64,000 nucleotides of DNA from Eledone cirrhosa (Eukaryota), in contig OZ024762.1 of the NCBI GenBank assembly GCA_964016885.1, positions 496,001 to 560,000 of the forward strand, written 5' to 3'. Below are positions 1 through 14,631 of this stretch, in pieces. A program made the position numbers and the translations under genes. The notes beneath the pieces are model-generated. The model made no database searches and had not been told where the DNA came from. It saw only the letters and a program-made list of their open reading frames with translations. Position 1 is the stretch's first letter, and the number at the start of each line of letters is the position of its first letter.

Positions 1-307
1 GTGAGTGTAATTCCTGGGTGTGTATGTGAATGTAAGTCTAGTGTGTGTGTATATATATTTACAATTAATAGCTTGTGTGAGTAATTGCTGTGTCTGTGTG
101 TGTATGTTAGTGTGTGTGTGTGTGTGAGTGTGTGTGAGTAATTGCTGTGTCTGTGTGTGTATGGGAATATAAATCCAGTGTGTATGTTTACAAATATACA
201 TCTAGTGTGTATATATAGGGCTATAATTGTTGTGTATAATTATATATTTATATTAATTGCTCTGTGTGTGTAATTGCTATAAATCAATGTGTGTATATAT
301 ATATATA

Positions 308-372
<65 letters not shown>

Positions 373-504
373 ATGTATGTATATGTATATATATGTGTGT
401 GTATAATTATAGTTTGAGTATGTATGTATAATTGATGTGTGTATACATGTATGTATAAAAGTTAAGTCTGTATTTTATATATCAACTGATGTGTCTATAT
501 ATTT

Positions 505-1780
505 GTTGTTGGTAGTGGTAGTAGTGGTGGTGGTAGTAGTAGTATTGGTGGTGGTGGTGGTGGTGGTGGTAGTAGTAGTAGTGGTGGTGGAGGTAGTAGT
601 AGTGGTGGTGGTGGTGGTGGTAGTAGTGGAGGTAGTGGTGGTAGTAGTGGTAGTGGTTGTAGTAGTAGTGGTGGTAGTGGTGGTGGTGGTAGTAGTATTG
701 GTAGTGGTGGTGGTGGTGGTGGTAGTAGTATTGGTAGTGGTAGTAGTAGTGGTGGTGGTAGTTAAGGAAGTAACAGATATTACAATGTCTGTTGTTCTCA
801 AATTCAAAGGATGGTTTTAATGTTTAAGTTCAGTGGTGGTAGTGGTGTGGTGGTGGTGGTGGTGGTGATGGTGTAGTGGTGGTGGTGGTGGTGTTAGTGG
901 TGGTGGTGGTGGTGGTGGGGGGTGTTAGCGATGGTGTGGTGGTGGTGATGGTGTAGTGGTGGTGGTGATGGTAGTGGTGGTGTTAGTGATGGTGTGGTGG
1001 TGGTGGTGGTGTTGGTGTTGAGATGGTGGTGGTGGAGATGTTGGTGTGTTGTGGTGGTGGAGATGGAGGTGGTGGTGTGTATGTGGTGTTCAGATGAAGG
1101 TGGTGGTGGAGATGTTGGTAGTGGTGGAGATGGTGGTGGTGGTGTGTTGTGGTGGTGGAGATGGATGTGGTGGCGTGTTGTGGTGTTCAGATGGTGGTGG
1201 TGGAGGTGTTGGTGGTGTTGTCGTGGTGGAGGTGGTGGTGTGTTGTGGTGGTGGAGGTGTTGGAGGTGGTGGTGTGTTGTGGTGGTGGAGGTGGAGATGT
1301 TGGTGGTGGTGCGTTGTGGTGGTGGTGTGTTGGTGGTGGTGTGTTGTGGTGTTCAGATGAAGGTGGTGGTGGAGATGTTGGTGGTGGTGGAGATGTTGGA
1401 GGTGGTGGTGTGTTGGTGGTGGTGGTGTGTTGGTGGTGGTGTGTTGTGGTGTTGGTGGTGGAGGTGTTGGTGGTGGTGTGTTGGTGGTGGTGTGTTGTGG
1501 TGTTCAGATGATGGTGGTGGTGGAGGTGTTGGTGGTGTTGTGGTGGTGGAGATGTTGGTGGTGGTGTGTTGTGGAGGTGTTGTCGTGGTGGAGGTGGTGG
1601 TGTGTTGTGGTGGTGGAGGTGTTGGAGGTGGTGGTGTGTTGTGGAGGTGTTGGTGGTGGTGGAGGTGGTGGTGTGTTGTGGTGGTAGAGGTGTTGGAGGT
1701 GGTGGTGTGTTGTGGAGGTGTTGGAGGTGGTGGTGTGTTGTGGAGGTGTTGGTGGAGGTGTTGGTGGAGGTGTTGGTGGA
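505..1780. repeat. (GGT/AGT)n-type compound microsatellite
   Basis: Direct reading; similar tracts at 8775-9570, 17308-17600, 17845-18140 and 31940-32560. Confidence 0.95.
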
Positions 1781-2742
1781 AATAACTACCAAAATATTTG
1801 TTTCATCTCATTTCTTCTGCTTCCGACAGAAAAATTACAACTGATGTAATTTCAGACACCGGAACTTTGTAGGACTTTATTGAGGGGGGGGGGGGGGGGT
1901 AATATAGAGGGGGAGGGGGGAGATAGTGTGTGTGTGAGAGAGAGAGATAGAAGTGTGTGGGGAGGGGGTGGGGGTGAAAGAGAGTGTGTGAGAGAGGGAG
2001 AGAGAGATGTTAGGCACTTAAATATTTATGAAGCTGAACAAAAAAATGATATTTAAAAAACTGCAGGCTTCCAGGACTTTGTTAGGAGAATTTAATGAAA
2101 ACCCTTAAAATACAGGCTGTAAGAAAACCCATTAAATAGAAGATGAGTAAACCCTTAAAACAACACAAGCTGAAGGAAAAACTTTTAAAAAATCAAAGGC
2201 TGTAAGGAGACCCTTAAAATATGCCATAACGGGACCCTAACAAATACAGACCCTTAAAAAAATAAGACATGTGGAGACTCTTTAAAACACCCAGGACCTA
2301 AGAAAACACTTCAAAACAGGATATATACAAGCTGTTTAAAATCCCTCTTAAAATACAGGCTGTTAAAACCCTTTAAAATACAGACTTTAATAAGTAACTC
2401 CCTTAAAATACAGCCGTGTATGGAAACCTTAAGAAAAAGCAGAAACTGTCAGAGGATTTTTGAAGGGCACAGGCCATTCGCAGATCCTTTTAAGTATCAG
2501 CTGGTATCAGCTGTAAGGAGACCCCATTAAATACCAGGCTGTAAATGGACCCTTGAAAATGTCGAACTCTAAGGAGACTTTAAGGATACATATTGTGAGA
2601 AGAGATCCCTTTAAAATAGTCATTGCCTGAGTCACTGTAAATACAAGGGAATTGTTGAACACATCATGAGGGGAACATGACTAGGTTTGTGACTAGTTTC
2701 TTTCTATCAACATCATCATCATATATATATGTATATATATAT

Positions 2743-2780
<38 letters not shown>

Positions 2781-2998
2781 ATGGAAAAATTTGAACAGGG
2801 GACAAAACAGAGAGGCAGTAAATATATATATATATATAGTATATATGTATATATATGTTTATGTATGTATATATATATATGTTTATGTATGTATATATAT
2901 ATTTATATGTTTATGTATGTATATATATATATGTTTATGTATATATGTATATATATGTTTATGTATGTATATATATCTATGTATATATATATATATAT

Positions 2999-3031
<33 letters not shown>

Positions 3032-3032
<1 letters not shown>

Positions 3033-3335
3033 CATTTCTGAATTTGTTTAGCAAGATTCTTCATCTGAAAACGTGTGTTGAAACCGATATTGTTATGCTT
3101 AGGGAAGGTCATGTTGCCAATAAGAAACACTCGCACCAGTTGCTTTCACTCCAATTTATTATAAATTAAATTATAAATTTCCGGTTGGTTGGTTGATTCC
3201 ACAACCGGACGGTTGTTCATATATTGTCAAAGTTCTTTCGTCACATATTCTGTGACCTCTTCAGTGACTGGTGATTCTTTTCTTTGTTTTGTGCCTCTCC
3301 TTTGTTCTGTCCTACGCCATCTTGTTTTTGTGTGT
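3032..3335 (-). mobile_element. (TA)n-adjacent interspersed repeat carrying a hammerhead; putative Penelope-like pLTR fragment
   Basis: Highly similar to 28990-29304 (ttctgaatttgtttagcaagattct..gaaaccgatattgttat..catgttgccaataagaaacac). Confidence 0.6.
3225..3269 (-). ncRNA. Minimal type I hammerhead ribozyme (same family as 29362)
   Basis: Reverse complement reads AGTCA CTGAAGA G GTCACA(GAATA)TGTGAC GAAA GAAC TT TGACA. The stems are kept while the loop II sequence differs from the 29362 copy. Confidence 0.7.
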
Positions 3336-3429
3336 GTTGTCAACACACACAAAAGAGAGAGAGAGATGTAGGTGTGTATGTATGTTTATATATGTGTGTG
3401 TACCTGCAATATCATTATTTTTGCCCAGT

Positions 3430-3655
3430 GGATTTGCAGTATCGGTAAGGGTCGGACGCCCATGCTTTGCAGCATAGTGTTACGCCCCTTTCGGTCTGTG
3501 TTCAAATCCCATTGAAGCTAACTTAGCCTCTCATCCTTTCGAGGTCGATAAAATAAAGTACCAGTAACGCACTGGTGTCGATGTAATCGACCCCCCCCCC
3601 CCCCCCCCCCCCGCCAAATTGCTGGCCTTGTGCCTATATAAGAAACCATTATTAA
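3430..3655 (+). mobile_element. tRNA-derived SINE, family 1
   Basis: A/B-box-like head (ggcagtatcggtag..gttcaaatccc), body gcctttcatccttt..gtcgataaaataaagtaccagt, tail ggccttgtgcc..agaaaccattatta; many copies in the window. Confidence 0.8.
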
Positions 3656-3658
3656 CGT

Positions 3659-3858
3659 NNNNNNNNNNNNNNNNNNNNNNNNNNNNNNNNNNNNNNNNNN
3701 NNNNNNNNNNNNNNNNNNNNNNNNNNNNNNNNNNNNNNNNNNNNNNNNNNNNNNNNNNNNNNNNNNNNNNNNNNNNNNNNNNNNNNNNNNNNNNNNNNNN
3801 NNNNNNNNNNNNNNNNNNNNNNNNNNNNNNNNNNNNNNNNNNNNNNNNNNNNNNNNNN
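3659..3858. other. Assembly gap (200 N)
   Basis: Run of N. Confidence 1.
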
Positions 3859-4284
3859 TCCTATGACCCACTCTACTACCCTAAGTATTGAGTACTCTGG
3901 TGCGTTATGGTCCATCTGGTTATATATATATATATACACACATATATATATACACATATATACACACACATATATATACACATACATATACACACACATA
4001 TACATACATACACACACATGTCTGTCTGTTCCCCTAATATTGTAAAAGTTTTCTAGGTTCTTCTCTCCCCGCCCCTCTCACTCTCTTTTTAAGGGTGTGT
4101 TAAGGAAAGGTTAAATGTCCCTATTATCATCATTATTATAATTATCATCATCATCAACATCCCCACCATCCCCACCATCCCCACCATCACCACCATCACC
4201 ATCATCACCATCACATGTATGCATGTATGCACATATGTACGAATGTCTGTATGTATATATTCACATACATGCATATATATAATG

Positions 4285-4334
<50 letters not shown>

Positions 4335-4846
4335 ATGTATATATATATATGTATATATATATATCTGGAACCATCTGTTGAAAGAGCAGGAGCTCAGCTG
4401 TTGGTGGCATGACTCATTACCCCCCCCCCATATATATATAACAACACAATTAATTGCTATGGAAATATTGAAAAAGGTCAGATAGAATAAATTGGAGATA
4501 AATTAGGGTTTAAAGGGGCGTGATGTAGGGGACACAGATTTGGTGGGGACAGGACTATTATAGTGGGAGTGGTGTATAGCATATCTTTTTTGTTGACACA
4601 CACACACACCTCAATATACACACACACATACACAGGTACACTACATATACAGACATATACACATACACACACATATCAACACACACACATCAACACACAC
4701 ACCCACACACAGTCACATGTACAGGTACACTACATAAGCACACATATACTCACATATACACAGATACACATACACACACCTCAATATACACATACACACA
4801 TACACACACACACCTCAATATACACAGACACACATACACACACCTC

Positions 4847-4888
<42 letters not shown>

Positions 4889-5499
4889 GACACACCTCAA
4901 TATAGACACAAACACACACATACACACATATACACGCACACACCTCAATATACACACACACATACACAGACACACCTCAATATTGACACAAACACACACA
5001 TACACCTCAATATACACACATACACACACACACCTCAATATACACACAGGCACACACATACACACACACACCTCAATATACACACAGGCACACACATTCA
5101 CACACATACACACACATACACACACACCTAGAGAGAGGTGACCGTTATTATGAAGATCACAACTCAGACACACTCACACTTCCACATACACACACACACT
5201 CCTTTATACACACACACACACCTTTATTCACACACACTCCTTTATATATATACGCACACACATATACACTCCATTATATACACACACACACACTCCTTTA
5301 TACACACCCACACATACACACCTCTAGAGAGGGGGGGGGTGAGACATTGTTATGAAGATGACAGCCCAGACACAAACACATACTGACACACATACTGACA
5401 CACACACACACACTGACACACATACTGACACACACACACACACTGACACACTGACAGACACACACACACTGACAGACACACACACTCACACTGACACAC

Positions 5500-5536
<37 letters not shown>

Positions 5537-5636
5537 AGACAACCTAAACAGTCACAGCTGGGTTACAGAATATGTTGTTACTGTTAGAAGTTTGTTAGTT
5601 GTAGACACCAACTACTACCTGGACAGTGGAGAGTCT

Positions 5637-5872
5637 AGTGTACTCTACTGTATACTATACTATATACTGTACTCTACTGTATACTATACTATATACTGTA
5701 CTCTACTGTATACTGTACTCTACTGTATACTATACTATATACTGTACTCTACTGTATACTATACTCTACTGTATACTGTACTATATACTGTACTCTACTG
5801 TATACTATACTATATACTGTACTCTACTGTATACTATACTATATACTGTACTCTACTCTATACTATACTATA
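5637..5872. repeat. Short-period tandem repeat built from tatac/tgtac/tctac pentamers
   Basis: Direct reading. Confidence 0.9.
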
Positions 5873-5995
5873 TATAAATAGACAGGCAGACTGATAGAGA
5901 AATATAAATATAAATATATAAGTAGATAGATGTCTGTATTAAGACATAGACAGGTAAATAGAAAGATATACAGAGTTAAGTAGATAGACAGGTAT

Positions 5996-6028
<33 letters not shown>

Positions 6029-6302
6029 CAATGACAGACAGACAGACAGACAGACAGGTAGACAGACAGACAGACAGACAGGTAGACATACAGACAGACA
6101 GACAGGTAGAAAGACAGACTAACAAAATGGGTAAGAATAGAGTGAAAGATGGAAGATTTCTTCAGATGTTGAAAGTAATTTTACGGAGCAGATGTGTTGG
6201 TCAACAAGGTATGTAAATATATGAGTTGACAATTTTATGGAAAGTCCTTTAATGAGAGTGTTATATACACATACATACACTTACATACAGACACATACAC
6301 AT

Positions 6303-6372
<70 letters not shown>

Positions 6373-6632
6373 TTTAGTACATCATAGACGAAGCTCTAGT
6401 ACACGGCCAAGCTAGCGTGTATGTTTATTCGGTTTGTAGCTTTAGCACTCAGGTGAGGTAAGACCCCAGAGTATAACATTATGTTCAGACAGCTTAGCAA
6501 GACATAGCAGTCGGCAGTCCGACCGCATCACCAGAGCAACGAAAATACAGGACCCAGGTAAAGATTTATATATATATATATATATATACATACCTATACA
6601 TATATATACATACCTATATATATATACATACC

Positions 6633-6665
<33 letters not shown>

Positions 6666-7294
6666 ATATATGTATATATCTTTTTCAGCCGAGTTTATAT
6701 ATATATATACATACATACTCACATACACATACATATATATATATATACATATAGACACACATACACACATATATACATAGACACACACACACACATATAT
6801 ACATAGACACTTACATACGCACACATCACACACATATACACGCACACATGCATAGACACACACTTACATATACATAGACATTTTTATCGTTTAACCCTAG
6901 GTCAGCTCTGAGTGGTCAGACCTGTGATCAAAGACTGCCATTCCATATATGGTCATTGTATACTGTAAACATTTTAATAACCTTTATTGATACAAGCGAT
7001 CTTTGACTTTAGCGTCCCACTTTCACTTTTGACATTTTATAACATCCAAAGTTGGATGTTAATCTCCAGCATCGCGTTCTTTTGTTAATATTGTTATTGT
7101 TGTTGTTTAACCCTAGGCCAGGACAGTTGGGGCATCCCTATGATCTAAAACCCTTTGTTGTTGTTATTATTGTTGTTGTTTAACCCTGGGTCTATACACC
7201 TTGGCCAGCCCTATGATCTAAAACTATTCAACAGATGAATTTCCTTATGGCAGGAAAAAATAGTACAAATGTGATCCTTTAATTTTCAGTAATG

Positions 7295-7708
7295 GCTGCC
7301 CTAGTTAGTAACACCAGCCCTGTGTATATGTGATCCTTTAAGGCCCAGTAATATACCCTAGAAGGCTTCCCTAGTTGGTAGCACCAGCCCTGTGTATATG
7401 TGATCCTTTAAGGCCCAGTAATATACCCTAGAGGGCTTCCCTAGTTAGTAACACCAGCCCTGTGTATATGTGATCCTTTAAGGCCCAGTAATATACCCTA
7501 GAGGGCTGCCCTAGTTGGTGATACCAGCCCTGTGTATATGTGATCCTTTAAGGCCCAATAATATGCCCTAGAGGGCTTCCCTAGTTAGTAACACCAGCCC
7601 TGTGTATATGTGATCCTTTAAGGCCCAGTAATATACCCTAGAGGGCTGCCCTAGTTGGTGACACCAGCCCTGTGTATATGTGATCCTTTAAGGCCCAGTA
7701 ATATACCT
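7295..7708. repeat. 70-bp minisatellite, ~6 copies
   Basis: tgtgtatatgtgatccttta recurs at 7321, 7391, 7461, 7531, 7601 and 7671. Confidence 0.95.
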
Positions 7709-8528
7709 CTCTGAGGTGTGTGCCCTTAACAGCTGCCCTAACTGGCCTTAATGGTAACTCCAGCCCTGCTCCTATATCTAAGCTGTTAATTTGATAATTC
7801 ATTCACACTCTTGGAAGGTGGGGGTGTGGGTGCGGGGTGCAGGGGTGGGTAGGGGATGTGGTGGTGTGGATGTGGGGTGGGTGAGGGATGTGGTGGGGTA
7901 GATGTGGGGTGGGTGAGGGATGTGGTGGGGTAGATGTGGGTGTGGGGAAGAAACCTATTTTATAGAATTTAACAAAAGTTGGTGTCTCATCTAAACTCAT
8001 CCCCAGAAAGGTGTGTAGAGGTGTGTGTGTGGTCACGTCAGTGTGTATGTATAAAGGTGTGTAGAGGTGTGTGTGTGTGTGTGTATAAAGGTGTGCTTTT
8101 CACAGGTGTTGTACTTGCATTCAACCAGGATATATCAACATGGAGTAGTGGATGAGGTGTGTGGGGGGTAGAGGTGTATTGTAAGAAATAAAGGAAGGGG
8201 GAGAGTAGGTGTGTTAGTTAAGCACTCACCTAACCCACCCCTATACACATACACACTCACACTCACACTCACACTCACACACACTCACACACTCACACAC
8301 ACACACACACACTCACACTCACACTCACACTCACACACTCATGCTATGGTGTGAAGAGGAGAAAGTGGCATGTATGCACAACTGTTGGTCAGCCACAGAA
8401 TCACCTTGTCCAATCATGTGCCCCCCCCCTCTCTTTCGCTCTCTCTCTGTATATATATGTGTGTGTGTGTGTGTGTGTATCCCGTGTTCAATCAAGGGTA
8501 ACCATAGTAAGTAAGGTACTCAATACAG

Positions 8529-8580
8529 GGCTTTCCTGATGATTTCCTTCGAATGAAACACTTCTAGTCCTGTAGAAGCC
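8529..8580 (+). ncRNA. Type I hammerhead-like motif (family also at 14521, 15220, 15271)
   Basis: GGCTTTC CTGATGA TTTC(CTTC)GAAT GAAACA..TGTA|GAAGCC; GUA triplet; U-U apposition at 10.1/11.1. Confidence 0.6.
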
Positions 8581-8590
8581 ATTTATATAT

Positions 8591-8632
<42 letters not shown>

Positions 8633-8639
8633 CATACAC

Positions 8640-8693
<54 letters not shown>

Positions 8694-9842
8694 GTGTGTA
8701 TATACGTGTGGTTGGCCTTACGGAGGGCATCCAACCATAACAACCAAGGCAGAAACAGTTCTGTATGAGCAAGACACCACCTCCAACACCTCCACCAACA
8801 CCACCACCACCTCCACCTCCACCAACACCTCCACCACCACCACCACCAACACCACCACCTCCATCACCACCACCAACACCACCACCTCCACCACCACCTC
8901 CATCACCACCACCAACACCACCACCTCCATCACCTCCACCACCTCCACCACCACCTCCATCACCACCACCACCACCTCCATCACCACCACCAACACCACC
9001 ACTACCATCACCTCCACCACCACCATCACCACCACCAACACCATCACCACCACCACCAACACCACCACCTCCACCACCACCAACACCATCACCACCACCT
9101 TCATCACCACCACCAACACCACCACCTCCATCACCACCACCAACAACATCACCACCACCTCCAACACCACCACCTCCATCATCACCACCACCAACAACAT
9201 CACCACCACCTCCACCACCAACACCACTCCCTAATATTAGAGAAAATGTGTCAAATATTCCATTTCTGGTGACAAAGTGTGTTGGTGGGGGTGATGTTGG
9301 TATTAGTGTTTGGTTTGGTGGTGGTGGTGTTGGTGTTGGTGGTGGTTATAGTAGTAGTGGTGGTGTTGGCTGTGGTGGTGGTTATAGTGGTGATGGAGGT
9401 GGTGTTGGTGGTGGTTATAGTGGTGGTAGTGGTGGTGGTGTTGGTGGTGGTTATAGTGGTAGTGGTGGTGGTGTTGGTGGTGGTTATAGTGGTGGTGGTG
9501 GTGTTGGTGTTGGTGGTGGTTATAGTGGTGGTGGTGGTGGTGGTGTTGGTGGTGGTTATAGTGGAGGTGGTGTGTGTGTGTGTGTACATGTCTGTATGTG
9601 CTGTGTCTGTTATTGTAATTGTCAACATTATACTGGGGGGTGGGGTAGAAGGTGGGGGTGGGGGGGAATGTTTGAAGTGTAATATATTAAAGGGGGGTAG
9701 CTCCTACTCCCCCCATCTACTCACAACATCTCTTATTTGAATAGGGAGAACTTTAAACCCCCCACTCCCCCCTCCAACCCAGCCCCACCTTATCTCACCC
9801 GCCCCACCCCGCCCCCCACACACCAGAAACCTTTAAAAACAT

Positions 9843-10317
9843 TGGTGGATTGACAAGAGTCGGTAGAGCATCGGACCTAAGTGTTTAGAGTTCTGGTCCT
9901 TTATGTTTTGGGGTCAAATCCTTTCATACTTCTGGGGTCAATAAAATAAAGGACCAGTTAAGGTACTGGGGTGGGGGGTGGGAGATGGAGGGGGGGTCAT
10001 TTAATCGACCCCCACCTCACCCCAACATTCTGCCCTTGACCCTAAATTAGAAACACTTATATAGAGGATATGGTGGTGGGGATTGGCAGTAATTGGTAGA
10101 GCATCGGACAAGATGGTTTGTGGCATAGAGTTACGGCCCTTTACCTTCTGAGTTCAAATCCTGCCGGGGTTAGCTTTGCCTTTCATCCTCACAGGGTTGA
10201 TAAAATAAAGTACCAGTAATACACCGAGGTTGATTTAATCACCCCCCTCCCCCAAGAAATTGCTGGCCTTGTGTCTAAAGTAGAAACCATTATTATTATT
10301 ATTGTTGTTGTTGTTCA
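9843..10317 (+). mobile_element. Two tandem SINE family 1 copies (~9843-10060, ~10075-10317)
   Basis: Same head, body and tail as 3430; the second tail (att)n(gtt)n abuts the exon at 10319. Confidence 0.8.
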
Positions 10318-10318
10318 G

Positions 10319-10522
10319 GGAAGAAGAAAGTGGAGTTCCTGTCTGGTAAAGATGGCAACGACTGGGTGTGGGTAATGGGACAACACTCTGATGACCTCTC
10401 CATTGAAGAAATTCTGGAACGAGAGGCCAAGGAAAAGGCCGTATCACAGGCAGAAGAAGAGGCAGAAGAATTGAGGTGGGTAGACATGTCTTTCTCTCTC
10501 TATCTCTCTCTATCTTGCTACA

Positions 10523-10555
<33 letters not shown>

Positions 10556-10700
10556 ACATCTCTCTCTCTCTCTATCTACATCTCTCTCTCTCTCTCTCTC
10601 TCTCTCTTGCTACATCTCTCTCTCTCTCTCTCTCTCTCTCTACATCTCTCTCTCTCCATATCTCTCTCTCTCTCCCTCCACATCTCTCTCTCTCTATATA

Positions 10701-10731
<31 letters not shown>

Positions 10732-13451
10732 TGCTACATCTCTCTCTCTCTCTCATTACATCTCTACGTCTCTATTTCTCTCTATATATATATCTCCCTA
10801 TATATACACACACATACATCTCTCACTCTCTACATCTCTCTCTTGTCTCCCTCACTCACACTCACCTCCACTCACACTCACCTCCACTCACACTCACCTC
10901 CACTCACACTCACCTCCACTCACACTCACCTCCACTCACACTCACCTTCACTCACCCTTATCTCTACCCCCCCCCCCCTACAGGATAAAACAGGAACAGG
11001 AACTGAAGAAGAAGATGGAGGAGGAGAAGAAAAGACTCGAGAAAGAAAGAATTGAGAAGGAATTCCAGATGAAGTGAGTGCAACTTTAATTAATTGTTTC
11101 TACTTTAGGCACAAGGCCAGCAATTACCCAGTGCATTACTGGTACTTTATTTTATCGACCTCGTAAGGATGAAAGGCAAAGTCAACCTCGGCGGGATTTG
11201 AACTCAGATCGTAAAGGGACGTAACTATGCTGGAAAGCATGGCGTCCGACCCTCCACCGATATTGCCATCCACCGCCCCTTTAATTAATGAGTTGGGTCG
11301 TTAGCATTTTATACAGTCCTCGTTAAGAGGTGATGTTGGTTGTACTATACACCAGTACACTCTGTAAAGTGGTAGTGTTGGTGTCATTATACAATACACC
11401 CAGTACACTCTGTAAAAGCCATAATAAATCTGAAATGTGTGGCCCCTGGATTTTCTGTGTGAAATAGTAGTTGTCATTGGGTACTGAGTTGGTCTCTAAC
11501 AACTCATAAAATACATCCAACCCATGCTAGCAGGCAAAACCAGACATTAAATGGAGATTATAATGATGATGATAACTTTGGTACTGAAGAGAGCAACATA
11601 ACCTGCTGGTTGGTGTTTGACTGAGAGGGCTGAGGTGTGGTTTTGAAAGAAGTGTTTGAATTGAATTTATGGTTGATGTGGTGTGGTTTTCGAGGTAGGG
11701 TTGGTTGTGGGGTAATAAACCTGTTAAAACAAACACACAGAAGACCTCATTCTGAAGGGAATTTCAGGACTGATGGGCTAGAGCCTACTTGATGTTTTTG
11801 ATGAAGATTTGAGTGAGTTGGGTTTAAATTTATGTTGTAGATGAGGCAGATATGGCCTTAGTTAGATTTATGTTGGTTAATGAGGAGAACCAGAATATTA
11901 TTAATTTAATCTGTTTGATGTTGTTGTCCAGACGTAAAGAAGATGAAGCTTCATTGTACCAGTCATTAAAGGAGGTGAGACTGGTGGCTGAGAAACTGGA
12001 AGAGGAAAGAGAGAAAGAAAGACAAGGAGAAAAAGAAAAGTTAAAAGAACTTCAGGTGAATATTGCAACAGTTTACCTCTCTTTGACTTTCTTGTTTACA
12101 TGGAATTGGTCAAGCAGTGTCTTTGCAGTGTCTTTGCAGTCTGCTTGCAGTTGTTTGTGTTAGCAGTGTGTTTGGACTGTGTTTGTGTTAGAGATGTTAG
12201 CAGTGTGTTTGGACTGTGTTTGTGTGAGAGATGTTAGCAGTGTGTTTGGACTGTGTTTGTGTGAGAGATGTTAGCAGTGTGTTTGAACTGTGTTTGTGTT
12301 AGAGATGTTAGCAGTGTGTTTGGACTGTGTTTGTGTGAGAGATGTTAGCAGTGTGTTTGGACTGTGTTTGTGTGAGAGATGTTAGCAGTGTGTTTGGACT
12401 GTGTTTGTGTGAGAGATGTTAGCAGTGTGTTTGGACTGTGTTTGTGTTAGAGATGTTAGCAGTGTGTTTGGACTGTGTTTGTGTTAGAGATGTTAGCAGT
12501 GTGTTTGGACTGTGTTTGTGTGAGAGATGTTAGCAGTGTGTTTGGACTGTGTTTGTGTTAGAGATGTTAGCAGTGTGTTTGGACTGTCTTTGTGTTAGAG
12601 ATGTTAGCAGTGTGTTTGGACTGTGTTTGTGTTAGAGATGTTAGCAGTGTGTTTGGATTGTGTTTGTGTTAGAGATGTTAGCAGTGTGTTTGGACTGTGT
12701 TTGTGTGAGAGATGTTAGCAGTGTGTTTGGACTGTGTTTGTGTGAGAGATGTTAGCAGTGTGTTTGGACTGTGTTTGTGTTAGAGATGTTAGCAGTGTGT
12801 TTGGACTGTGTTTGTGTTAGAGATGTTAGCAGTGTGTTTGGACTGTGTTTGTGTGAGAGATGTTAGCAGTGTGTTTGGACTGTGTTTGTGTGAGAGATGT
12901 TAGCAGTGTGTTTGGACTGTGTTTGTGTTAGAGATGTTAGCAGTGTGTTTGGACTGTGTTTGTGTTAGAGATGTTAGCAGTGTGTTTGGACTGTGTTTGT
13001 GTTAGAGATGTTAGCAGTGTGTTTGACTGTGTTTGTGTTAGAGATGTTAGCAGTGTGTTTGGACTGTGTTTGTGTTAGAGATGTTAGCAGTGTGTTTGGA
13101 CTGTGTTTGTGCTGCAGCAATACAGGATTGATATCCCTGTTGATATATTCTTAGAATGAAGAAGCGAAAGGATTGGAATATTGTCGGGAGAATTCCTTAA
13201 AGTTGAAGAAACTTCGAAGTGCGGAACTTTTAATGTCTTGGAGAAAGATGAGGAACATTCTAGAGAAGAAGAATACAGAAGACATCAAAGAAATCGAAGC
13301 AACGTGGAAGGAACAAGGTACGTGAGTTTCTGTACCTTTCTCATCAGTTGAACACACCACTGGGTGTATATAATGGGTATATATCTGGTGGGTATATATA
13401 TATATCTACAATGGGTATATATCTAGTGTGTATATGATGGGTATTTATCTA

Positions 13452-13495
<44 letters not shown>

Positions 13496-13630
13496 AATGG
13501 GTGTGTATATATCTAGTGTGTATATGATGGGTATTTATCTAGTGTGTGTATATATATATATATCTAATGGGTGTGTATATATCTAGTGTGTATATATCTA
13601 CAGTATATATAAATAAATATGTAATTTCAA

Positions 13631-13684
<54 letters not shown>

Positions 13685-13770
13685 GCATATATATCTATTC
13701 ACATTCTGCTGAGGTTAGCTCTGCCTTTCATCTTTACGGTGAGGTTGATAAAAAAAAAGTACCAGTAATG

Positions 13771-13815
<45 letters not shown>

Positions 13816-14418
13816 CTATTTTAGAGAAGAAATGTCGCGAGGCTGAGGTCCAGATGAGAGAAATTGTCCGACGAGCTCGAGAAGAACATCGGAGATCTCA
13901 GAAGTCGATGTCAAAGAGTAGCAACTCTTCCCTCTCCGAAGATCTTCCACCAATTCCTCCGAAGCAAGTATTGTTTTCCTGTGCTGTATGTATCAAGTTA
14001 TCTTCCTCCTCTCGCAGCACTTCACTGACTCACCCGACCTTACTGGGCACCAGCATGATGATGATGATGATGGTTATGGTGGTGGTGGTGGTGATGATGA
14101 TGATGATGATGATGATGGTGATGATGACGTGGTGGTGATGATATTGATGGTGGTGATGATGAGGATGAAGATGAGGCTGATGATGATGATGGCGCTGATG
14201 AGGATGATGATGGTGGTGATGATGTAGCAACCACTGTCCCACCAAATTAATTGAACCATCACCATGATGATGATGATATAGCAATCACTGACCAACCAAC
14301 TTAATTGAGCACCTGCATGTTGTTGTTGTTGTTGATGATGATGTTTAAGAGGAAGGGAGATGTTCACAGCATGTTGTTCACTTCACTGAGCACTGATCAC
14401 ATGGCACCAGCACGTTGA

Positions 14419-14449
<31 letters not shown>

Positions 14450-14589
14450 TATAAAATAAATAGGATTGGTTGAGGTCTTAATATGTAAACTATATAAATA
14501 TCAGCCACTCTCTGTCACTTGACATTCCTGATGATTTCATATGAATGAAACAGATCTAGTCCTGTAGAAGCCATTTCTATATTAAATAC

Positions 14590-14631
<42 letters not shown>

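Noticed and set aside
437-1844. Long poly-V/T/G/W ORFs
   Set aside because: Translations of (GGT)n microsatellite, open in several frames on both strands.
6128-6208. Possible first exon (MLKVIL.. ending at a phase-1 G|GTATGT donor)
   Set aside because: Phase-compatible with exon 10319 but lacks the conserved SH2D4 N-terminal sequence; unsupported without transcripts.
8692-9740. Extensin/formin-like Pro-rich and GGGYSG glycine-rich ORF (8765-9682)
   Set aside because: (CCA)n and (GGT)n microsatellites inside a presumed intron; no signal peptide or splice support.
12160-13112. CRISPR-like regular 37-bp repeats (also the 44-, 48- and 70-bp arrays)
   Set aside because: Head-to-tail repeats without unique spacers, no cas genes, eukaryotic context.
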